This document shows, piece after piece, positions 25,281 to 37,385 of a stretch of 64,000 bases of DNA. The stretch comes from Octopus vulgaris. Taxonomy: Eukaryota. The notes below the pieces were generated by a model. That model had not been told where the DNA came from, ran no database searches, and worked only from the letters and a program-made list of their open reading frames with translations. Where the stretch lies: assembly GCA_951406725.2 (NCBI GenBank), contig OX597834.1, positions 38,440,001 through 38,504,000 of the forward strand, read 5' to 3'. Numbering within the stretch: position 1 is the first letter of the stretch; each line of letters opens with the position of its first letter. The position numbers were made by a program, and so were the translations under genes.

Positions 25281-25680
25281 GCTCGTACTGTGTTACGTGG
25301 AGATTCCCTGTGGAGTGTTTCACCAAAAGAAAATGTCAATTAGATGAGTATCCAACTGAGTGAAAAACTGATTGTGTGAAAATATCTGGATCAACAAGTT
25401 TCAAGTGAATAGCGAGTGGACGAGATAAGCGTTCCTCTATTCATATGGCGTCTGATATAACAAAAGAATATCACAAACAAACTGAATGGCAAAATTAATG
25501 AAATAGCACAAACGACTAATACGTATGGCAAATTAGTAGAATAGTGAATGTAAATAGGTGCATATCGTTCTGCGAGATTATTAAAAATTAGGATAATGTA
25601 ATAGACAGTATTCAATCGTAAAGAATATAACATTGCTTTAGCATTTATTAGTTATTAGACAGATAGGTTAGTATCTCTGA

Positions 25681-26242
25681 CAATGGTTCGCAACCATTTG
25701 GACTCTTTTGATTCTTATTTACCTTGGCGGACCCCCTGTAGCCATTTTGAAATTTAAAAAAAAATATTTTCCATTATATTTTTTATAATTAGATATTATT
25801 AGGAATTGTATAAAGAAATTGTGAGGGCGCGCGACCTAGGTGGCTAGGGTGTTGGACTCACGATCGCAAGATCGCGGTTTCAATACTTAGACCGGGTGGT
25901 GCGTTGTATTCTTGAGCAAAAAATACTTCATTTCACGTTGCTCTGCGATCACTTTGACACCTGACATCTGGTACACCGCTCACCTGTCCAGGCATCATTG
26001 ATTTGATAAAGGGAGCAGGCTAATGTACGGCACATTAGTTCACATTGGTCACTATAAACAAATCATTTATGCAGGTTGTTCGGCAAAAGCTGGACACTCG
26101 CCGGCCATCTTCGACGGGAGAGTCCATCATAAGAAGAATTGTTAAAACATTTTGTGTATTGAAGAAGTATAACCAATTTATTGCACATAAACTTTAACAA
26201 CTGAATCTTATATGGACCCCGAAAACCCGATGAGAACCACTG
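25681..26242. mobile_element. hAT-type MITE interrupted by a SINE
   Basis: TIRs caatggttcgcaa / tgagaaccactg; body homologous to 34840-35478 and 50626-50879. Confidence 0.75.
25823..26130 (+). mobile_element. tRNA-derived CORE-like SINE (C-related head, different tail)
   Basis: ggcgcgcgacctaggtggctagggtgttggactcacgatcg..ttcttgagcaa..cttcatttcacgttgctc; approximate TSD aagaa(a)ttgt. Confidence 0.75.
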
Positions 26243-26432
26243 GTTTTGGACATATTAAAATTTACCATTTAGTCTTACTAATTCGTAGGTTGCTTTTGCT
26301 ATTTCAACATTCGTACCACTCAGAAAGTTATGATTGCTAATTGGCTATTTACGCTATTGTATTGGTCACTGTCAGGACTTCACTCAAATTTGCTATATAT
26401 CTAACAAATCCAGCCACTACGTCTGTCCTTCG

Positions 26433-26620
26433 CATAAGTTTTGCCGACAATTCGATCTAGCTACCACATGTGTCAGTCAATACAATATGAATGAATAACA
26501 TAAATCATACCAACAATTTGATGTAGCAGTCTCATTTATCAGTCTATGAGTCAATAACATAAGTTCTACCGACAATTTGATTTAACAATATCATCTGTCA
26601 GTATGTATGAGTCAATATAA
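26433..26620. repeat. Degenerate minisatellite, 3 units of about 60-66 bp
   Basis: Units begin cataagttttgccgacaattcgat / cataaatcataccaacaatttgat / cataagttctaccgacaatttgat. Confidence 0.75.
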
Positions 26621-27520
26621 ACCGTCAACTTGGCCATCTTTTGATACCATTTATAATTGACTGCCTCGACGTTGAAAGACTGTCTGATTTAATGGAAATG
26701 TTGTTTTTAGTAAATAGACAATTGTTTTGCAGACAAAACAGTTTTAAGAAAACAATAAAAAAAGTTTAAAGAAGAAACGAAAAACATTCTATATTTTTCT
26801 TCTTTTAAAATCTATCATAATTTCTTTACTGTCTATTTCAGTTTCCTTTCCATTTTTTTTTTAATTTCATTTCTTTACTTTGTCTTCCTTCCCCATTTTC
26901 TTTTTGTCTGGTTTTCATCTTGAAGCAAGCACATTATAAGATAAAAGTAAACATATATTTGACAGTTCGTGAAGTAACTATACACATATTTTTTTTTTTC
27001 ATATGGCTACTCGTTATTTTTTTCACTTAGACATTGCTTATACCCGCAAGTAACTTTTAATTAATGTTGAGTACCCTCAATGAATAAGTACCCCCAAAGG
27101 ATGAATTAAGATGGGTCTTGTGAGAATCATGTGTCTAGTTAAAAAGCATTTGTTTTGTATGTCTGTGCGTCTTATATATATATATATATATACGTATATA
27201 TGCACACAGACACACACAGACTCGCACAGACACGTAAATGCACACAGACACGCGCGATAATAATGTACGAATGCTTGTGTATATATGTGTGCAGACATAT
27301 ATGCATATATCTATCTATTTATCTACCTATCAACCCTCTCTCTCTCTTTCTTATATGTATACATACACACACACACATACACGCACACACACACACATAT
27401 ATATGCATGTGTGTATGTATGTAAGTACGTAGTTCAAATTTACAGAAAGCAAAAAACGAAGACAGGTGAAAGAATAACAAGCAGGTGTATTAGTTTAACG
27501 CTCGGGAAGAATGGAAAAGG

Positions 27521-27556
27521 CTTTGACGTTTCGAGCCTACACTCTTCGACAGAAAT
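27521..27556 (-). ncRNA. Hammerhead motif, H2-related, non-canonical core
   Basis: ttt-CTGTCGA-a-GAGT-gtag-GCTC-GAAA-C-GTC-aaa; A6 replaced by T. Confidence 0.6.
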
Positions 27557-28556
27557 GATTGGGAAGGAAAAAACGGAGAGAGAACAAAAAAAAAAAAAGG
27601 AAAGAGAACAAAATGTGTGTGTGTGTGAGTAAATGTTTATATACGTGTGTATCTATGTTTCTAATTATGTATGTCAGTATGTACAAGAACGTCTGAGCGC
27701 ATTGGTGCAAAAAGAGATGGAGAAAATATTACTCGAAATGCAGTGTAGACAATACAGATGTTTATTGAAGTTGAAAATTTTCACAAAACTCTTGTTTCGA
27801 ATAATCGATGCCGTAAAAGTCAGAGTAACAGTTTTGTGAAGTGTTTCACCTTCAATAAATCGCTATTTTATACTCCACATTTCGAGTGCTTTTTTTCTCC
27901 AGCTTGTTTTGCACCAATGTGCTCACACATACATACATACATACATACATACATACATACATACATACATACATACATGCATACATACATACATACATAC
28001 ATACATACATACATACATACATAAATACATACACGTACGTACATTCATTCATTCATACATACATACATATATACATGTGTGCGTGTATGTGTGTGTGTAT
28101 AGATTTAATAAGTTAAAATAAGCAAAAATGTGTTTTGAGGCTTGTTATTAATTGTAGAAATTACAAGTTTGCGACGAAGGCTGTGATTTCTTCTTCTCCT
28201 CCTCCTCCTCCTCCACCACCACCTACCCCTCCTTCTTCTCTTTCTTTCTTTCTTTCTTTCTTTCTATCTTTCTATCTATCTCTCTTTCTTTCTTTCTTTC
28301 TTTCTTTCTCTCTTTCATTCAAGTTTGCGACGAAGGCTCTTTCTTTCTTTCTTTCTCTGATCAATCTTCCTCAATCTCAATTCTTCTCCATCTCTTTCCT
28401 TGCACATTTTCGCCTGTAAGCGACAACAATTATGATTGAAAGTAAAAAAAAAAATTATTGGACCGAATCATAAAAATACAATAAAAATATGTTTTTTTTA
28501 TATGTATATTATTTTCCTAATATAAATTACATACGCACATACATAAACATGAACAA

Positions 28557-28587
<31 letters not shown>

Positions 28588-29265
28588 CATATGAGTGTGT
28601 ATACACATATTTCAATTTATATATATTTGTATAGCTATACAGACATATTTATATAACTATAAATGTAAATATAATACGTGTATGTGTGTGTAACTATATG
28701 CATATGTATATATGTGTATGGACTACAAAACGTGAAATATATAATAATGATAATATTAATAATAATAATTATTATTATTATTGTTATTATTATTATTGTT
28801 GTTGTTGTTGTTGTAGATGTTATTATAAAAGAAAAATATAACAAAACAAGAAAGCTTGTAATTATTAGTGTAAGAGAAACCGAAGCAAAAGCAATCATAA
28901 AGATAAAAATATTACCATCGATGAAGTTGGGAAAAAAATATGTCTGAAGTCAACATATAGACGTGTTTGTATGTATGTATTACATACTTACAAACACATA
29001 TGTGTGCGTGTGTGTATATCTATGTGTGTGTGTGTGTGCAATGTGTGCGCATGTTCGTGTGTATGTACACGATACATACAGACACACACACACGCATCAA
29101 AGCATGTATATAATTATATTTAAGAGAACTTTTATATATATATGCATGTATATATATATATATATATATATATACGAAAGTGTATATGTTTACATATATA
29201 TATGTGTTATAAATATGTATGTATATATACATTTATACATGTGTACATGAATGTAGGTATATATG

Positions 29266-29321
<56 letters not shown>

Positions 29322-29450
29322 TGTATATATTTTGTATGTGTCCGCGCGCGCCTGTTTGTGCATGTATACACAAAAAAAAGAAAGACGAGTTGAAAGAAAA
29401 GTTAACAGGATGTAGTTAGTAGTTTAACGCTCAAGAATAATGGAAGAAAT

Positions 29451-29486
29451 CTTTAACGTTTCGCACTTACGCTCTTTTGCAGTAAG
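29451..29486 (-). ncRNA. Decayed hammerhead motif, same family as 27521
   Basis: ctgcaaaagagcgtaagtgcGAAACGTTaaag; flanks homologous to 27490-27520. Confidence 0.35.
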
Positions 29487-29614
29487 AATAGATGAGGAGA
29501 GTAAAAACAAACGTGTTTGAATTATACGATCAAGGCATACTGAAGTAATTGAAAGATGATGAAGTTAGTTCGAGGCTAACAGACGCACGCACACACGTAC
29601 ACACATATATTGTA

Positions 29615-29791
29615 AGGCAAACGTGGCTGTGTGGTAAGAAGCTTGCTTCCTAACCACATGGTTCCGAGTTCAATTCGACTGAGTGGCACCTTGGGCAAGA
29701 GTCTTCTACTATAGTCTCGGGCCAACCAAAGCCTTGTGAGTGGATTTCGTAGATGGAAACTGGAAGAAGCTCGTGTCTATATACACACATG

Positions 29792-29847
<56 letters not shown>

Positions 29848-29936
29848 CTTTTTTTTTTCCTTTCCTGAGCGTCAAATAACACTACTTATTCCAAGTCCTC
29901 ACGTTGTCGTTTTTTCTTGTTTGTTCATGTTTGGAT

Positions 29937-30018
<82 letters not shown>

Positions 30019-30230
30019 TGTGTGCTTTGTATCTGTGTTTGTTCCCCCCCCCACACACACACACTGCATTATACGTACATCACCGTAATCTAGCGATTCG
30101 ACAGAAGCAACCGATAGAATAAGGATCAGGCTTAAGAAAAAAATAAGTCCTGAGGTCGATATATTCGAGTAACATTTCTTAATGGTAGTGCCCCAGTATG
30201 GCCGCAGTCTAATGACTGAAAGAAGTAAAA
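29615..30230 (+). mobile_element. SINE family A with a nested H2 tail in its central (TA)n
   Basis: A head 29615-29775, insert 29845-29941, A tail to 30230. Confidence 0.85.
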
Positions 30231-30325
30231 ACAAAACGATATAGATACACACCCATATACAGATATACGCTCGCACACACCTTCATGTATATTACATACA
30301 TACATATATACATACATACATACAT

Positions 30326-30555
30326 ACTCTTTTACTTGTTTCAGTCATTTAACTGCGGCCATGCTGGAGCACCGCCTTTAGTCGAGCAAATCGACCCCGG
30401 GACTTATTCTTTGTAAGCCTAGTACTTATTCTATCAGCCTCTTTTGCCGAACCGCTAAGTGACGGGGACGTAAACACACCAGCATCGGTTGTCAAGCAAT
30501 GCTAGGGGGACAAACGCAGACACACAAACATATATACACACACACATACTTACAT

Positions 30556-30592
<37 letters not shown>

Positions 30593-30722
30593 CGACAGGC
30601 TTCTTTCAGCTTCCGTCTACCAAATCCACTCACAAGGCATTGGTCGGCCCGGGGCTATAGTAGAAGACATTTGCCCAAGATGCCACGCAGTGGGACTGAA
30701 CCCGGAACCATGTGGTTCCGGG
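30326..30722 (-). mobile_element. SINE family A, young, 5'-truncated
   Basis: High identity to the reverse complement of 17876-18356. Confidence 0.92.
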
Positions 30723-30805
30723 TTATATTTGTGCGTGTGTGTATTAATGAGAGTGCAGATGTGGTTGTGTCACACTCCTTGAATTATGATGATCTGCTTA
30801 CATCC

Positions 30806-30935
30806 TCCTAACTTGACGGTTTGGCAACAAAGAAACTGATAAACGGGTACCGGAATGAACAATTAAGTGCTGGCAACAATTTAAGGTGGTGCCCTAGTAT
30901 GGCCGCAGTTTGATGACGGAAACGTATAAAAGAGT
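30806..30935 (+). mobile_element. SINE family A 3' fragment
   Basis: ggtggtgccctagtatggccgcagtttgatgacggaaac. Confidence 0.65.
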
Positions 30936-31098
30936 AGAAATATATAGAATTACACACACACACACAAACACACATGCACGCACGCACACTGACACACACA
31001 CACATATGCATATATCTTTTCAGTATGTGACCTCGTGAAGACTACCTGCAATTTTTTTTCCCTCTGTCCTCCCGCCTCGGGATCTTTCTTTCTCCTAT

Positions 31099-31133
31099 GT
31101 TTCCGACGAAGACCTCCGCTCGAAACGTCATGC
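31099..31133 (+). ncRNA. Hammerhead motif H2 (U4C variant) in element 31024-31230
   Basis: gttt-CCGACGA-agacctccgctc-GAAA-C-GTC. Confidence 0.65.
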
Positions 31134-31226
31134 CCTCCTTCTTCCCTTCTTTCCTGAGCGTCCAATAATACTTTATTTGTTCCACATCCTCGCGTTGTTG
31201 TCTTTTTGTTTTCTTGTTTGGATTAA

Positions 31227-31288
<62 letters not shown>

Positions 31289-31411
31289 GGAGTAAACACA
31301 TAAATGTGAAACAAGGTGGAAAAAAGAGTACTCAAATACCCGTAGTAGAGTAATATGCTTTTTTTAAAGCAGCAGAAAATTCAACAAAACCTGTTTGGAT
31401 TCTAGCAAAAA

Positions 31412-31449
31412 CTGTCCGATGAACGGCAACGGGAAACTCAGAGTAACAG
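31412..31449 (+). ncRNA. Hammerhead motif H3 in element 31286-31485
   Basis: ctgt-CCGATGA-acg gcaa cgg-GAAA-CTC-a-GA-GTA-acag; stem I ctgt/acag. Confidence 0.7.
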
Positions 31450-31540
31450 GTTTTGTTGAATTTTCTGCTGCTTTAAATAAAGTATAAATATATATATATA
31501 TATATATTGATCAAAATAAAAACATGATGCCAAGGATTCA

Positions 31541-31618
31541 GCGGTACATATGTTTCAGGCCTTTATTAGACAGATTTATAACAATGCATAATGTATATCT
31601 GTGGCCTTCTTCAGCCGC
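31541..31618 (-). ncRNA. Hammerhead ribozyme motif H4 (left arm)
   Basis: gcgg-CTGAAGA-AGGCC...GGCCT-GAAA-CATAT-GTA-ccgc. Confidence 0.88.
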
Positions 31619-31837
31619 GCACAACACCTTCCACAAGGACATGTGTTACATCAAAAATTCTTGGTTGGGGATGCAAATCCTCTCATTCGCGTACGACATA
31701 ATGCGGCAACAGCATAGAATTGAAGCGTCCATCTCTTTCTTCTCTCAATGTACATTATGTCGTACGCGAATGAGAGGATTTGCATCCCCAACCAAGAATT
31801 TTTGATGTAACACATGTCCTTGTGGAAGGTGTTGTGC

Positions 31838-31915
31838 GCGGCTGAAGAAGGCCACAGACATACATTATGCATTGTTATAAATCTGTCTAATAAAGGCCCG
31901 AAACATATGTACCGC
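31838..31915 (+). ncRNA. Hammerhead ribozyme motif H4 (right arm)
   Basis: gcgg-CTGAAGA-aGGCC...GGCCc-GAAA-CATAT-GTA-ccgc; palindromic stem III ACATATGT. Confidence 0.88.
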
Positions 31916-32018
31916 TGAATCCTTGGCATCATGTTTTTATTTTGATCAATTTACTTACCACCTACACCATCAAACGGTATACACAGGTGCTTATAATTAT
32001 CAAGTACTCACCCCGAAT

Positions 32019-32058
<40 letters not shown>

Positions 32059-32189
32059 TATATAAGCGTGTCTCTGAGAGAGTATGCGTACTGAGAGAGT
32101 ATGCGTACTGAGAGAGTACGGAATGACACGCACACACATAGACAAAGAACGACAAATGTGATATATATCTGTGTTAACCTAGTTTTTGT

Positions 32190-32221
<32 letters not shown>

Positions 32222-32584
32222 CTGTCTGTCTGTCTGTCTGTGTGTGTGTGTGTCTGTCTGTTTGTATGTGCGTGTGTGTGTGTGTGTGTATGTGCGTGTG
32301 TGTGTGTGTGTGTGTGTGCAAGTGTATGTCTGTATGCATACATATTTCTGATATTTCTACATAAAAATATTTACATATAGCATACACACACATACACACA
32401 ACGGACACAGATATTTACTCGCGTATAAGTAACACGTACACAATTTAACACAGATACACACATGTACATATACACATTCGTACCCCATATATGAGTGAAT
32501 GAGTGACCTCGTCTCTAAATGTCTAGACATGTTTTTTTTTTTCTTTCATAAACATTTTTTATTTCATATTATCTTCCAGACATT

Positions 32585-33480
32585 TCATCTCTCTCCTCTC
32601 TCTCTCTCTTCCTCTCTCTCTCCTTCTCTCTCTCTCCTTCTCTCTCTCCTTCTCTCTCTCACCTTCTTTCTCTCTCTCCTTCTCCTTCTCTCTCTCCTTC
32701 TCTCTCTCTCCCTCTCTTAGATTCATCTCTGTTTTCCCTCTTACTTCCAAATCTCTTTCTATCTCCTACTTCCATCTCTCTTTCTCTCTCTCTCTTATTT
32801 TCATTTCTCTCTCTTTCTCACTCTCTCATTCGCTCTTTCGTTTTCTCTCTTCTCTATATGTTACTTTCACCTCTTCTCCCCTCTCTCTCCTTCTCTCTGT
32901 TTTATCATATCCTTATATCCACCTCTCTCTCCCCCTCTTCCCCCGCTCTCTTCCTCCTCTTTCCTTCTCTCTCTTTCACTCGTGCCTCTCTTTTGTTCTG
33001 CTTCTCTTCTTTCCGTGCTACTTCAACTCCTTCCTCTCTTATTGGTTTTATTACCACCTCCTTCCCACCCTTCTCTCTCCTGTTTTCCATTCTTACACAT
33101 CATCTATATTATTTCATCAGTTCATTTATATTCCTTCTTCTCTCCCTTTTTCTCTTTCTCCGCTTCCCAACCCCCATCCCATTATTCTTTCTGTCTCTCT
33201 TTTATTATAGTCTTTCCTTTACTGAATTCTTCCAAGTCGGACCTCTGACCCTTTCATTTCTCGTTTAACCTACTTCCTTTCGTCTTGCCTTCCTGTCAAC
33301 TTACCCACCTACTCCCCACCCAGCAAATTCACCTACCCACCTTTCTTCTTTCATTCATCCTCCTTCCATCACCACCCCTTCTCTCCTTTCCTTCATTTCG
33401 TCTCTCATCTTATCTATCTTACTTCCTCCTCTATTTTCTTTCCTCTCTTTTCCATATATATTTCCCCGTTACGTTTCTTC
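32585..33480. repeat. Polypyrimidine (CT-rich) low-complexity tract
   Basis: Directly visible. Confidence 0.9.
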
Positions 33481-33531
33481 ATTTGTTTTGTCATTTCTTC
33501 TTCTGATGAAAAGTTAATTGTTAGTCTTGGT

Positions 33532-33857
33532 CTGCGATTCTCAACCATTTTTTTTTTTTATCTATGGAACTCTTTCATTACTATTTTATTCTGGTGGACC
33601 CTCCATAGCCATTCGATTTTTAAAAACCAGTTTTATAGATATTTCTTTCGAAAATCCTATTTTGTTCTTCGCACTTTAACTTATGTAGGTTGAATTATAT
33701 AAAACGCTAGAGAAAGAAATCTACATGTTCCAATAAATACATTAAAAGCAAAGCTTTTTTCATGGGACCTTTATTATACTACTGCGGATCCATATTTTAC
33801 TGTTTTGCTTGCGTAGACTCCCAAAAATTTTATATGGACCCCGGTTGAAAACCATTT
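33532..33857. mobile_element. hAT-type MITE, diverged
   Basis: Ends ..gattctcaacc / ggttgaaaacca; shared tggaccc..catagccatt block. Confidence 0.65.
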
Positions 33858-33897
33858 ATCCAGATCAGATGATGTGTCGTTAGTATAGTTAACATTA

Positions 33898-34212
33898 TGT
33901 CGGTTTTGACGACGGGTGTTTCAGTAGATCCGATCAGCGGGACAGCTTGCTCGTGAAATTAAAGTGCAAGTAGCTGTGTATTCCTCAGACACGCGTACCC
34001 TTAACATAGTTCTCAGTGGGATTCAACGTGACAGAGAATATGACAAGGCCGGCCCTTTGAAATACAGGTACTACTCATTTTTGAAAGCTGAGTGGACTGG
34101 AACAATGTGAAATAAAGTGTCTTATTTAAGGCGAACGCGCCACCAGGAATCGAACTCACGGCTTTACAATCGTGAAACGAATATCTCTGACCACTAAGCC
34201 ACGCGCCTTCAC
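33898..34212 (-). mobile_element. SINE family C (CORE-like), full length
   Basis: Minus head gaaggcgcgtggcttagtggt..gagttcgattcc; CORE-like aagacactttatttcacattgttccagtccactcagc. Confidence 0.9.
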
Positions 34213-34839
34213 GTTAGTATAAATGACAACTAGGTGTATACCCAGTTGGTTAATTGAGTCTTATGTTTTGGTCTTAGTGTTATGTATCTCATCTTTACTT
34301 TGATAAAGCTGCACAGTAGTGGTAGAATGGTCGAGTGGACAGAACATTAGAATACTTCTTTAAATATCAAGAGATTAAACCAAAGGCAAGGTTTTACGTT
34401 TCTAGGCCAAACACTTTATTCTATAACATTTTAGCTAACCTAAATGTGGGCAAAGGGTTCCAGAAGACGGACCCGCTCCATAGACACTTCAAATTAACTA
34501 ATTTCGTTAGTCGACCTCAGCCAGCCTGGGCAGATCAAATGATTTGACTTTATTTCTTGGTCTGTGAATGATATTCATCGGTGTGTGCAGCAATCTGTTG
34601 TGTAATACCTAACTCTCCAAACAGGCAGTGAACCGATGATTGGTACTTTGGAAATCTACAATCGAAGAGATTATTGTTCATTAGTACCATATAAAACAGA
34701 AGAGTATGTGGGTAAGAGTATCAGAAGAGTATGTACAACAACCATAAAATGGTAAGCTAAGTCTGCAGTGTACGTTTGATTCTCGTCTGGAGTGTCACTT
34801 TACGTATTACTCCTTGTACATCTGATAGCTAACCTCAGT

Positions 34840-35478
34840 CAAGGGTGCTTCTCAACCACTTTTTACCTATGGACCCCTTTGATTCCTATTTTACTCACAT
34901 GAACCCTCATAGCCATTTGATGTTTACAAAAACTTATAGTTTTATAATTGAATATTATTAGTAACTAGCAGTATCGCCCGGCGTTGCTCGGGTTTGTTAC
35001 GACCCTTTAGAATTGAAATTTTTGAAAGGTAAAAATTTTGCATTATGTAGCTTTTTATTCTCTTGGAGTGAACATTTTTCTGGTTGAAATACACCGAAAA
35101 ATGGCGACACAGCAGTCAAAAAATCGTAAATAATAGGGATTTTCATGAAAAAAACCCACTTTCTTGATGTAAATAATTTTTATGGTTAACATGGTCCGAT
35201 TTGAATTTTTTCTTCTACGGAAGGAAGAGCAAGCCTTCTATTATACTCTCAGTTTTGGTCAACTTGCGCCGCAGGGTCTTGGAGGAGATAGTGTTAGTTG
35301 AAGGCTACCAAACCTGCCATATATAGACAACTTCAGCTTTATATATAGAGAGATTGTATTTAAAACGTTAAAATATCTTGTGTTTTGTTGAAGTATAACC
35401 AATTTATTGCTGATAAACTTTAACAAGAAAACCTTATACGGATCCCTAAAGGTCATATGGACCGGTTAAGAACCGCTG
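34840..35478. mobile_element. hAT-type MITE interrupted by a Helitron
   Basis: Ends gcttctcaacc / ggttaagaaccgctg; the rejoined sequence matches 25681-26242. Confidence 0.75.
34965..35353 (-). mobile_element. Non-autonomous Helitron (second subfamily)
   Basis: Minus 5' TC, 3' cccgagcaacgccgggcgatactgCTAG, inserted at A|T with no TSD. Confidence 0.88.
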
Positions 35479-35919
35479 CTCTACACGGTCTCCCAACCTG
35501 CTAGAAATAACAGCTAAATCCCCCTCAAATCATACTCTACTGTTTTAAAAAAGGATGAAATATGTTGGATAACATGTATGCATTATTTTTTATGTTTGTT
35601 GGTTGCTTGATGCGGGAGGCATTCGCCAGGGAGCGGAGTTTTTCAATACACTGGATCGTTGGCACTTTTGTTTTAACCAGCATGAACTTAGAACAGTGTT
35701 TTTGATAAGTTACGAATAGCCATCTCTTCTATTAATAGTTTATTACTCTATCAACTTAACTAAAAAAAATGGGAGGATGTGTTATATACGCGTATGTTGC
35801 GTACGCTTAGAAAAACTAAAGGTTGTGTCAGACAACCACCTCAAATTTGGCAACCCAGGAATTTGAAATGTTTGATGTTCGGTGATAGTGGTGTTCGATA
35901 ATTTGCCAATCAGATAAGG

Positions 35920-36322
35920 ATGGTGATGATGATGATGATGATGATGAAGAGGATGATGACGACGATGACGACTACAACGACGAATGGTGTTAGTTGTGAT
36001 GATGATGGTGATGATGACGACGATGATGATGGTGGTGGTGATGATGGTGATGATGATGGTGATGATGACGACAACGACGAATGGTGTTAGTTGTGATGAT
36101 GGTGGTGATGATGGTGATGATGGTGATGATGATGGTGATGATGATGATGATGATGATGATGCCGATGATGATGCCGATGATGATAATGAGTCGGAGGAGG
36201 AGGACGACAACGACGACGACAATGATGGTGTTAGTTATGATGATGATGATGATGATGAGTCGGAGGAGGAGGAGGGGGAGTACGACGATGACGATGGTGT
36301 TAGTTGTGATGATGATGATGAT
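35920..36322. repeat. (GAT)n/(GAC)n tract with higher-order units
   Basis: atggtgttagtt(g/a)tgatgat recurs four times. Confidence 0.9.
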
Positions 36323-36849
36323 TGCCGAGCCACCTTGTTGGTGGTACATCAAATGTGAGGTTGATATCAAACGGGTGACATCTCAGAAGACATAGAAAAA
36401 AAAAAGTAATATTTTTCTTTTTGTCTTATTTTCTTTTCTTTTTTTTCCATTTATTTATTCATTTTTTTTTTTTTTTTTCATTTTGACAACTGAATAATTT
36501 TCAAAGAACAACTTGCAAACACAATGACTATTATATCTAAAACATGTGCGCAAGAATCAAAGAACATTCCAGAAGAAAGACAAGATTCGGCTCTAATTAA
36601 GTTGAACATTTGAGAATTGAAAGAATGAAGAAAAGTTGAAAGAAATGTAAACTATGATGACGTGTTGAGGTATTTTCGTTCTTTTGTTGTTGTTTTATTT
36701 TTTTGAGTTTTGTAATTAAATTAAATATTTAAACGACAAAATTAAAAGTAAAGAAACAAAGAAACGGACCAACAAATAGATGTAAAAATCCTCTGACGTT
36801 CATATAACAATTCAGAATTTTCAGGTTTTCTTTTTTTCTAATTTTTCTG

Positions 36850-37032
36850 ATTTCTCTCTTTACTTCTCTCACCCTCTCTCTGTAACTAGTTTCCTCTCTC
36901 TCTCTCTCTATCTCTATCTCTCAATCTCGCTTCCTCTCTCTCTCTCTCGTCTCTCTCTCTCTCTCTCTCTCGCTTCCTCACTCTATCTTTCTCTCGTGTC
37001 CTCGCTCTCTCGCTTCCTCTCTCTCTCTCACT

Positions 37033-37070
<38 letters not shown>

Positions 37071-37348
37071 TCCTCTATCTTTCTCTCGTGTCCTCTCTCT
37101 CTCTCTCTCGCTTCCCCTCTCTATCTCGCTTCCTCTCTCTCTCTCTCTTCCTCTCTCTCGCGCGCGCTTCATCTCTCTTCCTCTCTGTCTCTGTATCTCA
37201 CTTCCTCTCTCTCTTTCTTTATCTACCTCGCTTCCTCTCTCTCTATCTCTCTCTCGCGTCCTCTCTCACTTCCTCACTGTTTCGCGCTTCATCTCTCTCC
37301 CTCTCTTTCTCTGTACCTCACTTCCTCTCTCTCTTTGTCGATCTCGCC

Positions 37349-37385
<37 letters not shown>
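36850..37385. repeat. (CT)n compound microsatellite
   Basis: Directly visible. Confidence 0.92.

Larger units (their letters stand above)
31506..31950. repeat. 198-bp inverted repeat (2 mismatches), 49-bp spacer
   Basis: Arms 31506-31703 and 31753-31950; the mirror-image ORFs in the ORF track confirm it. Confidence 0.97.

Noticed and set aside
26433-26620. CRISPR-like repeat-spacer array
   Set aside because: Whole units are homologous with no unique spacers; eukaryotic context with no cas genes
31524-31932. Two 93-aa paralogous ORFs on opposite strands
   Set aside because: They are a by-product of the inverted repeat and have no protein features
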